34,402 bases of DNA from Octopus bimaculoides. Its lineage: Eukaryota. The notes beneath the pieces were generated by a model that did not search any database, was not told the DNA's origin, and saw only the letters and a program-made list of their open reading frames with translations. Location: positions 86,429,256 through 86,463,657 of the forward strand of contig NC_068988.1 of NCBI RefSeq assembly GCF_001194135.2. The letters run 5' to 3'. Positions 9,680 to 20,869 of the stretch are shown here, piece by piece (the first letter of the stretch is position 1; each line of letters opens with the position of its first letter). Both the position numbers and the translations under genes were made by a program.

Positions 9680-10743
9680 TTGCATTCAAGTCTAGTACTT
9701 CAATCTCAAACAGTGTCATTGATCTTGAAGCTCCACAGAAAGAAATGAGGTGCAATGACCTGATCTTCGTTGCTCACAAACAACAAAACTACCGGAAATG
9801 ATAAATATTTAGTATATATTGCCATTGGCATCTCCGTAGGATCGGGGAAAGTAGGAGCCAGCCGTCACCTCACCTGGTCAAATCATCGGAGAAAATCTAA
9901 AGCATGATGACTTTTTTTGTGTTGCTTGAGTTTGTTCGGCAAGTCTTCATCCGGGCCACACAGCTATCTGGATTATTTCCAGGCATAAATTGTCCTCTTC
10001 TTATTATCATGTTAGACTTGTATATATCTTTGGGTAGTGTGGAGGCGCAATGGCCCAGTGGTTTAAGGCAGCGGACACGCGGTCATAGGATCGCGGTTTC
10101 GATTCCCAGACCGGGCGTTGTGAGTGTCTATTGAGTGAAAACACCTAAAGCTCCACGAGGCTCCGGCAGGGGATGGTGGCGAACCCTGCTGTACTCTTTC
10201 ACCACAACATTCTCTTACTCTTACTTCCTGTTTCTGTTGTGCCTGTAATTCAAAGGGTCAGCCTTGTCACACTGTGTCACGCTGAATATCCCCGAGAACT
10301 ACGTTAAGGGTACACGTGTCTGTGGAGTGTTCAGCCACTTGCACGTTAATTTCACGAGCAGGCTGTTCCGTTGATTGGATCAACTGGAACCCTCGATGTC
10401 GTATGCGACGGAGTGCCAACCACATCTTTGGGTACCACACATCACATCTAACAGCGTATCCTTATACTCTCAGCCGCTGAGCAATGGCCTCCATCGACTA
10501 GTAGATGTGGTTATTGGGGATCTTCTGGATCTGGTGGATAAACTCAGCCGTCTTGACAATGTCTGATTACTGAGAATGTTTCTTCTTCTTGGCTACGGGC
10601 AACGCATCCCCTCTAGAAGCATCCAGTTCTTTCTTAAACTTGGCTATGTTTAAGGAACTGGCGATATTCCATTCGTTTTGGTTGTTAGTAGAGCGACGAG
10701 TATGGACGGCGTGTTAACTCATTTCTTGTGTGGAATTTGCCAT
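9680..10743 (-). mobile_element. Tc1/mariner-superfamily transposase pseudogene (maT/DD37D-like), N-terminal two-thirds, split by a SINE
   Basis: From ATG at 10743, across stops and shifts: MANSTQEMS*HAV...IASSLNIAKFKKELDASRGDALPVAKKKKHSQ*SDIVKTAEFI...SMEAIAQRLRV; [SINE]; YKSNMIIRRGQFM...NKLKQHKKVIML*IFSD (first catalytic D, 9885-9893)...DGWL...DPTEMPMAIYTK...VSNEDQVIAPHFF...IEVL. The second and third catalytic residues are absent. Confidence 0.8.
10037..10423 (+). mobile_element. SINE family B, full length, 11-bp target-site duplication
   Basis: A box TGGCCCAGTGG (10051-10061), B box GGTTTCGATTCC (10095-10106); ATCTTTGGGTA at 10026-10036 and 10424-10434; second copy at 21578-21955. Confidence 0.95.
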
Positions 10744-10866
10744 ATCGATGGTGCCAATATGTCTGAAAGAGAAATGAAAAGGTTGAAATTTGGCCCATGG
10801 CGAGGAATAATTGAATTGTCTCTCTTTCTCCTTCCTCTCTTCATCACCCTCTGTCTCTCTCTATAC

Positions 10867-10922
<56 letters not shown>

Positions 10923-11450
10923 AGGTNNNNNNNNNNNNNNNNNNNNNNNNNNNNNNNNNNNNNNNNNNNNNNNNNNNNNNNNNNNNNNNNNNNNNNNNNN
11001 NNNNNNNNNNNNNNNNNNNNNNNNNNNNNNNNNNNNNNNNNNNNNNNNNNNNNNNNNNNNNNNNNNNNNNNNNNNNNNNNNNNNNNNNNNNNNNNNNNNN
11101 NNNNNNNNNNNNNNNNNNNNNNNNNNNNNNNNNNNNNNNNNNNNNNNNNNNNNNNNNNNNNNNNNNNNNNNNNNNNNNNNNNNNNNNNNNNNNNNNNNNN
11201 NNNNNNNNNNNNNNNNNNNNNNNNNNNNNNNNNNNNNNNNNNNNNNNNNNNNNNNNNNNNNNNNNNNNNNNNNNNNNNNNNNNNNNNNNNNNNNNNNNNN
11301 NNNNNNNNNNNNNNNNNNNNNNNNNNNNNNNNNNNNNNNNNNNNNNNNNNNNNNNNNNNNNNNNNNNNNNNNNNNNNNNNNNNNNNNNNNNNNNNNNNNN
11401 NNNNNNNNNNNNNNNNNNNNNNNNNNNNATATATATATATATATATACAT

Positions 11451-12635
11451 ACATGTCAAAGTGCATCCCTTGACCAAATTTGCATACATGAGGTTGATAA
11501 TATCTTAAGACTTGGAAGGCAGCTCCTTGAGCAACACTCTTTGTCTGATAACCTAGAATACATGCCCAAAGAAGTCGCACGACTCTACTGCAACGTATCA
11601 TGAGATGAAAGGATGAGCCTACATGAGTAGAAGACTATGCATGGATATGTTACTGGAAAGTTCCGAGATGACAGTAACATTGATCATCAAACCAGTTTAT
11701 CATGGACCAATAGCCGGATTATTAGCTCCCACTTTGAAGGGTATGCATTTGCAATCCAGGAACAGAAAATATCAACCAAGTACCTGATGCACAAAAGGGA
11801 TAGAGATGCGGGAAAAGTCGTAAAGTGTGACATCTGATGCAGACTTCGTGGAGTTCACACTGAAGATATCACCCACATCATAAGCAGTTGTCCAAAAATG
11901 TCATTACGATATTATCTACCGATGAGACATGACGTTGTAGCTAGGACACTCTATAATGAAATCCGTGGGAAGGATAATCCCGGTGACAAAGAAATAAGAA
12001 CCCACAATATAGTAGAAGTCATAGCCACTCATAATAAAAAGGAATACTGGTGGAATGTACCAGTGAAGACCTCAATAAAATGTAAGCACAACAGACCTGA
12101 TATAATGATTTGGAATAAGAGAAGAGAAACTCAGCAGAGTTGTGGAAATTAGTTGTCCAGTGTATGTTAACATAAAGCTGAAGATCAGTGTAAAAGAGGA
12201 TATCTACGCTGAACTATTGAGAGATCTGCAGTTACTCTATCTAGATTACAAGTTCAGGTTTGTACCTGTAATTATTGGGGCCCTGTAACACACTGCCTAA
12301 ATACCAATCTTGAGAAATTAGGTTTCTGAAAATCAGAAAGAAAAAAGCTGATTCAAAGACTACAGATCCAATCCATCACTGGAACTGTAAAAATCTGTAA
12401 AACTTTCCAGAAGTTTATCATTTAAATATATATTAGCATGTCTAGATATGCAACTATATGCATGAGAATGCATACATAAAACATACAAATCTGCACATAC
12501 ATACATACATACATACATACATACAAAAATACCCTGTTGTTGATGTTGAAATTCCAATGAAGGAACTTTGGATCAAGGTTAGAAACCAGTTCTTTCAGTA
12601 TTGGCAAGAAATTTTGAAATAAACTGATTAATAAC
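11451..12635 (+). mobile_element. R4/Dong-type non-LTR retrotransposon, 3' third (Zn knuckle plus restriction-like endonuclease) with probable 3' UTR
   Basis: KTMHGY...SLSW...FEGYAFAIQEQKISTKYL; CRLRG..TEDITHIISSC (11838); RHD (11925-11933); YWWN...KHNRPDI (12090-12101); VEISCP (12145-12159)...K..Y.ELL...VPVIIGAL...LQIQSITGTVKICKTFQKF, stop near 12425. Several stops and shifts; the 5' side abuts a gap and microsatellite. Confidence 0.9.
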
Positions 12636-13630
12636 ATATATACATTATCTAGCAGAGGCAACAGAATTGTGTGTGTGTTTGTATATATACAAACACAGTA
12701 TTAATAGCCGTATTATTAACACCTACGACAGCTGCACCACCATCGCTGCCACCACTAACACCACCCACTCTATAATTGAAACAATACACATATTAGACAT
12801 TTATGACAATGGTTCCACTGTGCAACACTTTAGCTGTTATGCCAGAACCGCTTATTCTCTATATATGCAACTATGTGCAAATGTGACGTATTGCATCTGT
12901 CCCCTCTGTGCAGCAGTTACTGCCTACACGACAGGACAAGAGATATATCAACTGACATAAATTTTAAAACACACATTCACACACACACACACGCACACGC
13001 ACGCACGCACACGGAGAAGACACAGACTTATATACACATAATATATACCTACACACACTGTGTATGTGCATATATATATATGTACATATATTTATATGCT
13101 ATGTACATAACCATATACATATTGTACAAATATGTATGTATATAGAGGTAGATACTTATGAATATGTGTGTGTCTGTGCGTGCGCGTAGTGTGTGTGTGT
13201 GTGTGTGTGTGTTTGTGTGTGTGTACATATATAAATGTATTATATAGTCAAACATTCATATATACACTCACACATAAGGTCAGCAACAAATATTACGAAG
13301 AAAGTAATGACAAGCACGTACATAGAAAAGTAAATTAAAAGTATTTTTATGAGATAGACACATACATCCAAATATGAGTATATAGAGCAGCATTTATAGG
13401 TTACACACACTCCTGTACCTATCAACACACACACACACACACATACATGCACGTATATATATGGCAAAATATATACATACATGCATAAACAGGCATAAAT
13501 ACGCAAACACATGCACATATGCACACAGGCATGCACTCATATATATATATACATGCACACGCATACACACACATACATAAATACATACATACATGTATAT
13601 ATGTATGTATGTATATATACGATGTGCATC

Positions 13631-13742
13631 ATTCAGTTTCCGTCTACCAAATCCACTCACAAGGCTTTGGTTGGCCTGAGACTTTAGTAGAAAACACACG
13701 CAGAAGGTGCCACGCAGTGGAACTGAATACGGAACCATGTGG
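13631..13742 (-). mobile_element. SINE A partial 5' half
   Basis: TTCAGTTTCCGTCTACCAAATCCACTCACAAGGCTTTGG...GGAACCATGTGG. Confidence 0.85.
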
Positions 13743-13853
13743 ATATCTATATTTTACTGTTATAATCGGTATTAATTACAAAGTAACTTAATGGCCAACA
13801 TCATATATACACGTGCTCTTGGTTAATGTATATATATATATATATACACTACC

Positions 13854-14203
13854 AAGGCTTATAAGTCAAAACTGTACCTACCTGTGTTAGCAGTGCTATT
13901 AAAACTGTTTTTAAAGTTATCTCTATAGATATTCTACAATATTTAGAGTCAGCGCTGAAGGTTGCAACGTTTTGTATACGAATATGTCTAAGTAAACAAT
14001 GCGATTGAGGATAGGAAAATAGGTAATGGGTGTGTATGCATATGTCAGGAGTCATTGCTCTTTCTTCAACTCCCCGTCTAACCCATGAACCATCGACAAA
14101 CACAATACTTGGTTTTCTGAAGAAAATATGTAGAAACAATTTTAAAAAGTGATTGAATAGCACTGCTAACACAGGTTGGACACTCTATTGACTGATAAGC
14201 CTT
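13854..14203. mobile_element. MITE-like element with about 47-bp imperfect terminal inverted repeats
   Basis: Perfect 21-bp core ACCTGTGTTAGCAGTGCTATT (13880-13900) versus AATAGCACTGCTAACACAGGT (14156-14176); outer AAGGCTTAT(A/C)AGTCAA also inverted; non-coding AT-rich interior. Confidence 0.7.
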
Positions 14204-14528
14204 TTATAAACTTTGTAGTTATATTAATACGTACATATCTGTGGCCAGGAATGTGTTTAATATGTAAAATATGTATATTTTACATATTATGTATATCCAG
14301 TTGTGACATCGCTAAATTTGGTGTCTGTTGAAGCAATGAATTCGTGACTGGTTAATGGGCTGGATGTGGTGCTAAAGAAAGAGCAAGAACTCCAGAAATA
14401 TGCATGTACACCCGTTACCTATTTTTATGTTCTCGATCACATTGTTTTTCTTAGGCAAAACGTCGTAACTCTAAGTGCTGGCTGCAGTTTCTATAGAAAA
14501 CCAGTAGAGAAAACTTTAAAAAGCGGTG

Positions 14529-14610
<82 letters not shown>

Positions 14611-14660
14611 TACACACATACACTCACACACATACACACACTCACGCATACACATATATA
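14529..14660. repeat. (CA)n microsatellite
   Basis: Seen directly; adjoins the truncated SINE A. Confidence 0.95.
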
Positions 14661-14662
14661 CA

Positions 14663-14813
14663 CGATGCATTTCCATCCACCAAATCCACTCGCAGTCCTT
14701 TGGCTGGCTCAGAATTTGAGTAGAAAACACTTGTCCAAGGTGCCACGTAGTGGGACTGAACCCGGAACTATGTGGTTGGGGAGAATACCTCTACTACACA
14801 GTCACGCTTGCCC
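14663..14813 (-). mobile_element. diverged SINE A 5' half
   Basis: CCAAATCCACTC...CACTTGTCCAAGGTGCCACGTAGTGGGACTGAACCCGGAAC. Confidence 0.85.
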
Positions 14814-15066
14814 TTACATATACAAATTTATACATACATTATACAAATATATACATACATAATCTAATTTAGTCTAAGCACGCTCAGTGACACAGAAATG
14901 CAAGTAGCGTTCTCACTATCCCCTGTTATAACGATCTTCGTCTCCCCCCGATATATATTGTGTTTTTAAACGCAGCCCATTCATAAAAGATATTTCCAGG
15001 CAAATACCGTAGTAAATATGCTTTTCACGGTGTATTTGTATTCAAAATTAATATACCCACGTGTTG

Positions 15067-15270
15067 TTAGCAGGTTGGGCAAAATGCTTAGCATTATTTC
15101 GTCTAACTTCACTTTCTGAGTTCAAATTCCGCCGAGGTCGACTTTGCCTTTCGTCCTTTCGGGGTCGATAAAATAAGTACCAGCTAAGTATTGGAGTCGA
15201 TGTAACCGACTAGTCCCCACCCCCAAAATTTCAGGCCTTGTGCCTTTAATAATAATAATAATAATAATAA
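15067..15270 (+). mobile_element. SINE E (tail type 2), 5'-truncated, followed by (TAA)n
   Basis: GAGTTCAAATTCCGCCGAGGTCGACTTTGCCTTTCGTCCTTTCGGGGTCGATAAAATAAGTACC...CAAAATTTCAGGCCTTGTGCC. Confidence 0.9.
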
Positions 15271-15271
15271 C

Positions 15272-15305
<34 letters not shown>

Positions 15306-15309
15306 TGTA

Positions 15310-15519
15310 AGGGGCGAGCTGGCAGAATCATTAGCACGCCGAACGAAATGCTCAGCGGTATCTCGTCTGTCTTCATGTTCTGAGTTCAAATTCCGACGGA
15401 GTCGACTTTGCTTTCTTCCTTTGGGGGTCAATAAGTTATGTACCAGTTACGCACTAGGGTCGATGTAATCGACTGGACCCTCCCACAAAATTTAAGGCCG
15501 TGTGCTTATAGTAGAAAGG

Positions 15520-15573
<54 letters not shown>
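15310..15573 (+). mobile_element. SINE E (tail type 2), full length with (ATT)n tail
   Basis: GGCGAGCTGGCAGAATCATTAGC head, GAGTTCAAATTCC B-box-like motif, tail TAGTAGAAAGG(ATT)n. Confidence 0.92.
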
Positions 15574-15739
15574 TGTAGTAGCAGTAGTAGTAGTGGTGGT
15601 GGTGGTGGTGGTGGTGGTGGTTTTCGGTGAACGAGTGCAAAGCTGCTGTGACACAACGTGTGAAAGGTCACTTCCTGTGATGCATATAGTGAAGGTATTT
15701 TGGTTCTTATATCTCCGAAGTGTCAAATTAGCTTAAAAG

Positions 15740-16145
15740 ACGGAAAGGTAAACAAGGGCAAGACAACGATAACAGCAGTAGCGGCAGAAGCAGCAGCCAG
15801 AAAAACAACAACAACACTACGATTACCACCATCACCATCATCATCATCACAACCACCACCGTCACCACCACCACCACCACCATCACCACCACCAGCACCA
15901 CCACCACACAACCACCGTTACCATCACCAACACCTTCACCAGTAACACCACATGCACCACCATCACCTGAACTTGCACGATCACCACCTGCGTCACCACC
16001 ACCTGCGCCACCACCACCACCTACAGCACCACTACTACCACCTACGGCACCATCACCACTACCAGCAACATCAACATTACCTGCAGCCCCGCCTCCACCA
16101 CACTACACTACCAGCGCAACCACCTCTAACAACAACAACAACATT
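15740..16145. repeat. degenerate (CAC/CAT/CAA/CAG) trinucleotide low-complexity tract
   Basis: Seen directly; yields the Pro/His-rich pseudo-ORFs. Confidence 0.85.
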
Positions 16146-16726
16146 TATTCTGAAAAATTGCGCAATAGCTTCAGAGTAATAGGTTTGTAGGAGGGTGTAC
16201 GGTGTTCGAATCCAACCAAGCAGTCATTTGACATGTCAAGCATAGCAGCTAAATTCCACTGAATCATAAGGTAGCAATAGATAAGCCAATATGCTTAGCG
16301 ATGAACCCAGAGCGAAGGTGGTCATGATTGGAAAATCTTTGAAGCCTAAATCTGTTTCAACTGGGTTTTTTGTTTTTTTATTTATCTAACCTGGGACGAT
16401 GAAATGCCAAGCTGGCTTCGGCAGGATTTCAATTTAAATTGTAACAAGTCTTATCTAAGACAACGATCATTTTGCTAGTAGCTCTACCAGTTCATCTAGC
16501 CCCTATCTTTAGGCATCCTCGTGTAAAATGATGCACTGAAACATAACGCATTACACATGGTGTGGTGATGGTAGTGGTGGTGGTGGACGGACTGATGCAC
16601 GGTCGGACGGACGGACGGACGGACGGGCGGATGGACAGAAGGGTGGATAGATTGATAGATATACAAATAGATATGTAGATATATTACAACTACACACGCA
16701 CGCACAAACACACAGACCCACACACG

Positions 16727-16803
<77 letters not shown>

Positions 16804-16826
16804 TTATGTATGTATGTATATAAATT

Positions 16827-17158
16827 AAGGCGCATAGTTCAGTGCTTAGAGCGTCGGGTTTACAATCGTGAGGTTACGAGTTTCGTATTCCCAGACCGAG
16901 TTGTATGTTTTGAGCAAGACACTTCGATTCACATTGCTCTATCTAGTTTACTCAGTTGTAGAAATGGGTTGTGAAGTCACTATTGCCAAGCTGTATTGGC
17001 CTTTGGCATTTCGTTGGCGCGGAGAGGGTGTTCTGTTGTGCATGGTTGACTACTGATCTTCCACAAACAACATTGTCCGGACTTGCGCCTTGGAGCGAAA
17101 CTTTATAGATGAAATCCCATGGTTATTCGTGACCGAATGGGATCTTTACTCTTTACCC
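16827..17158 (+). mobile_element. SINE family D (tRNA head plus CORE plus a distinct tail)
   Basis: AAGGCGCATAGTTCAGTG head; TTGAGCAAGACACTT...ACTCAGTTGTAGAAATGGG matches the CORE-like segment of family C; the tail differs from B and C. Confidence 0.8.
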
Positions 17159-17555
17159 TGTGTGTGTGTGAAAATGTATTAAAATGCATTAAAATTTGAA
17201 CTATATACAATTTAAATTGGTATGTAATTGTCTATGTCGAAATAATATCTGATATCTGGAGGTATTTTGAGATACAGATATCGCAATGGTTGTATTCAGT
17301 TACACATTTAAATATGTTGACAACAATATAATTATATAGTAAGATATTATATTAAATATCCTTAAGATACTTCGAGACCTGAACGTTTCATATGAAACAT
17401 GCGCAATCATCAGTTTTCTATAATCCTTTCCTTTAACTCTATCACTGATATTACACATGATGATATATAGATATATACATACATGCATACATACATACGT
17501 ACATACGAAAGTATATATGGAGACATTCATACAAACGAGCATACATACGTACATT

Positions 17556-17680
17556 TACACAATCTGGATAAGCTAGGGCTTCTAGAAAAAGAAATCAACT
17601 AGCTAATTCGTACATTACAAATACAATCTGTAAGTGGAACAGTAAAAATATGCGAGGCTTTTCACAAGTCTAAAATGCTA
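17556..17680 (+). mobile_element. R4/Dong-type LINE extreme 3' ORF fragment
   Basis: NLDKLGLLEKEIN*LIRTLQIQSVSGTVKICEAFHK parallels NLEKLGF*KSERKKLIQRLQIQSITGTVKICKTFQK at about 12305-12415. Confidence 0.8.
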
Positions 17681-18364
17681 ATTCTTGTTTGTTATTTACA
17701 TCTAACAACGAAGTGTTGTTATCTCTGTTCGAAGCTAGTTCCTTCCTCAGAGAAAGATTTGAAATGATTAAAAACAGAAGAAAACGTGTGTGTGTGTGCG
17801 TGTGTGCGTGCGTGTGTGTGTATGTGTGTGTACGTGTGTGTGTGCGTGCGTGTGTGCGTGTGCTTTCGCGTGTGTTTATCTGCCTCGCCGCAGGTTTTCA
17901 ATAAACATTGTACATATATTAGAACACTAGAAAAGTGTGATTAATATTTATCCTTGAAGAAATTAAGTTTTGCTTTGNNNNNNNNNNTATATATATATAT
18001 ACGTAGGTGTTAATGCATCTGTGCAGTTTCGTATGAATATGTAACGTATATATATATATATATATATTTGCATGTATGTAATGTATGAATGTGTACACAC
18101 TCATACACACACACGCACCCACGCACACACACGCACACATGCACACACGTAGACATATATACATACTTAAGTATGATTATGTATGTGCATCTATGCATAT
18201 GTATATTTTGTATGCATATATATGTCTGATGTTTAACATCAGACATATGTACATATATATTTATATATATATATATATATATGTCTGTATATTCATGTGT
18301 GGTGGTGATGGGGTATATTATATCTATGTGCATACATATATATATTATATGTGTTTATACATGT

Positions 18365-18397
<33 letters not shown>

Positions 18398-18676
18398 GTA
18401 CGCGTGTATGTAGTTTATATTATGTGAAACGTCTACCATCAATAATAACTATATTTAATATGCTAATTCATTGCACTCATTAACCCTTTAAGTGCACTCA
18501 AAACTGCACCCAAGAGTATTGTTGTTCCAAACCCTACAAATATGACTTTGCACCATGACTGGGGAGCTTTTTCAGCACTAGGAATCAAATTGCCGGTACA
18601 TATGCACCCGTATAGGTACATTTGTACCGAGATTAAATTTAAGTCTTTAATGTTAGACATTCATAAAAATAGTAGC

Positions 18677-18822
18677 AGGCAGGGGTATTATGGTTAAGAA
18701 GTTGGTTTTATAGCCACGTGGTTTCAGGTCCAATCCCACCGGGCAAAATCTTTGTAAACGAACGTGGAAGACGAAAACTGTGCAGAAGCCGATTTTACGC
18801 TCCCACACATACACATACGTTG

Positions 18823-18892
<70 letters not shown>

Positions 18893-18949
18893 TTATCTAT
18901 GTATGCATGTATGTATGTATATATGAATGTATGTATGTATGTATGTATG

Positions 18950-18980
<31 letters not shown>

Positions 18981-19055
18981 TTATCTATCTACCTGTCTGT
19001 CTGTCTCTGTCTGTTTGTCTGTCTGCTTATCTATATATCTCTTTCTCCCCTCTCT

Positions 19056-19100
<45 letters not shown>

Positions 19101-19206
19101 ATTTGTCTCTCATCGCGTGGCAATCGCTCTAGATTTGTTCACGTCCCCGTAACTTAGCTGAACGCGAAATACTGTTCGATAAAATAATGAACCGACTTAA
19201 AACAAG
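18677..19206 (+). mobile_element. old SINE A with greatly expanded internal compound microsatellite (18826-19097)
   Basis: Diverged head (ATGGTTAAGAAGTT...GGTTTCAGGTCCAATCCCAC...AGACGAAAACTG) and tail (TTCACGTCCCCGTAACTTAGC) flank (TG)(TATG)(TCTA)(TCTG)(TA) arrays. Confidence 0.7.
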
Positions 19207-19298
19207 TTGTTCGGCTAATCAATTAGTCAGTTGTGTTTTCCAAGGTCATATAGTTGCCATTCGCGACCTCTTCAATAGACACGCTTTCTCTTCTCCAG

Positions 19299-19371
19299 GC
19301 CAGCGTCAGATCTGTCCGTTTCAAGACACGAGTTCACATCAAAGATCTTGCAAACCAGATACAAAAACGAA
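19299..19371 (+). CDS. candidate isolated 73-nt exon, product unknown
   Basis: Acceptor CTTTCTCTTCTCCAG/ and donor GAA/GTATGT are both close to consensus, in non-repeat sequence. All three frames are open (e.g. ASVRSVRFKTRVHIKDLANQIQKR or PASDLSVSRHEFTSKILQTRYKNE). No homolog recognised. Confidence 0.35.
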
Positions 19372-19449
19372 GTATGTAACTTGTATTAAATTACTGTTTT
19401 GTTCTTCATGGTATCTTTTCAAACGAATAAAATCTTCCTCAGCTAATGT

Positions 19450-20110
19450 TTAACCTTATAAAACCTGGAGAGCCCCATAAGCCGTTGCTGGGAGCTCTAA
19501 GAGCACCCCTACCTAATCGTCCCAGCTTAATTTCTGAACCACAAATGCTATGGCAATGAAACTTAGCATATGTATAGACTTTTGATAGGCAAACATTTCT
19601 GCATTAGAAAAATGTTGCTGACGTCCATATTTTTTCTGATAATGTCCTCAGTTTTATCCAGATATGTTAAAATTTGATCGTTTTATAGTGTTCAAAATTT
19701 TTCCAGAACCACTAAGCTAGGAGCATAAAATTTTGCGGAGATATAGGTACTGCATGCAATAAAAAATTTAATATTTTAAAAACTTTCAGCTGACGAAAGC
19801 ATTTTTGTGATGACGTCATCAGGTTTACCCAATTTTTAAAAAGAATTTGCCTTTTTATTTTCAAGAATTACTTATGCCATGATAATGAAATTTGGCAGGA
19901 ATATACTTCATGAATAGACAAATACCTTTCCATAAAAATTTTGCTGGTGTCAGCAGTTTACTGATGATGTCATCACTTTTACTCAGATGTGTCATGGTAA
20001 TAGCTTGGTCTCTATGGAACCATTGGTTGCCATTGCAACCGTTGCTATGCAATTCAAAACACTTATATTAGATTCATAATGTTGTTTGGTGATATTGTTT
20101 CGGTTACAAA
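19450..20110. mobile_element. unclassified AT-rich element with palindromic motifs (possible non-autonomous DNA transposon)
   Basis: TGATGACGTCATCA (19808-19821), TGATGATGTCATCA (19972-19985), GGTTGCCATTGCAACC (20025-20040) and recurrent AAATTT(T)G motifs. No terminal inverted repeats could be identified. Confidence 0.3.
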
Positions 20111-20134
20111 GTCTGTAAAGTATAATCAAATTTT

Positions 20135-20506
20135 GCAAGACATGACTGTGTGGTAAAAAAGTTTACTTTCCAACCACACAGTCCGGGTTCAGTCCTCACT
20201 GCGTGGCACGTTGGGCAAGAGTATTCTACTAAAGCCTCGGCTCAACCATAGCCTTTTGAGTGGATTTGGTAAACGGAAACTAAAAGAAGCACATATCATG
20301 TGTGTGTGTGTGTGTGTGTGTATCCTTGTGTCCATGTATGCCTCCCTCCCGTAATCAGTGCTTGGCAACCGGTGCTGGTGTGCCTACTTATCCGTAACCT
20401 AGCAGTTCGACAATAGGGATTGATAGAATAAGTGCCAAGGCGGTACTACAGCATGGCCGCGGTCAAATGACTGAAGCAAGTAAAAGAATAAAAGAATAAA
20501 AGAATA
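20135..20506 (+). mobile_element. SINE A, diverged, with deletion of the 3' hairpin module
   Basis: Head to (AAAAGAAT)3 tail; GAATAAGTGCCAAGGCGG joins across roughly 40 bp present in other copies. Confidence 0.9.
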
Positions 20507-20514
20507 TACATATA

Positions 20515-20869
20515 GGCGCAGGCGTGGCTGTGTGGTAAGAAGTTTGCTTCCCAACCACATGGTTCTGGGTTCAGTCCCACTGCGTGGCACCTTGGGCAAG
20601 TGTCTTTTGTTATAGCCTCGGGATTTGTGAGTGGATTTGGTTGACGGAAATTGAAAGAAGCCCGATGTATAGATGTATAAATACGTATATGTTTGTGTGT
20701 CTGTTTTGTACCCCCCACTATCGCTTGACAACCGATGTTGGTGTGTTTACGTCCCCGTAACTTAGCGCTTGCGCAAAAAGTACTATGTTTAAAAAAGAAT
20801 AAGTCTTGCGGTCGATTTCTTCGTCTAAAGGCGGTGCTCTAGCATGGCCGCAATCAAATGACTGAAACA
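20515..20869 (+). mobile_element. SINE A, tandem to the previous copy, ends at the gap
   Basis: GGCGCAGGCGTGGCTGTGTGG...CAAATGACTGAAACA; internal microsatellite short. Confidence 0.93.

Noticed and set aside
10041-10110. SINE heads (also 3254, 16827, 21880-21955, 30709) as tRNA genes
   Set aside because: A and B boxes are present, but there is no complete cloverleaf or acceptor stem, and each continues into a SINE body.
10590-10680. NEWN...SLNIAKFKKELD (minus strand) as a CR1/L2 C-terminus
   Set aside because: The flanking motifs on both sides fit a Tc1/mariner transposase N-terminus much better.
12674-12697. Perfect 24-bp palindrome TGTGTTTGTATATATACAAACACA
   Set aside because: Built from TG/TA/CA low-complexity sequence, where such palindromes arise easily.
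15700-16179. Pro-rich and His-rich ORFs (15700-15945, 15952-16179)
   Set aside because: Degenerate CAC/CAT/CAA trinucleotide sequence is open in several frames, with no splice or homology support.
17381-17420. CTGATGA...GAAACGTT on the minus strand as a hammerhead
   Set aside because: No stem I, and stem II cannot close at the core; GAAAC is part of a local palindrome GTTTCATATGAAAC.
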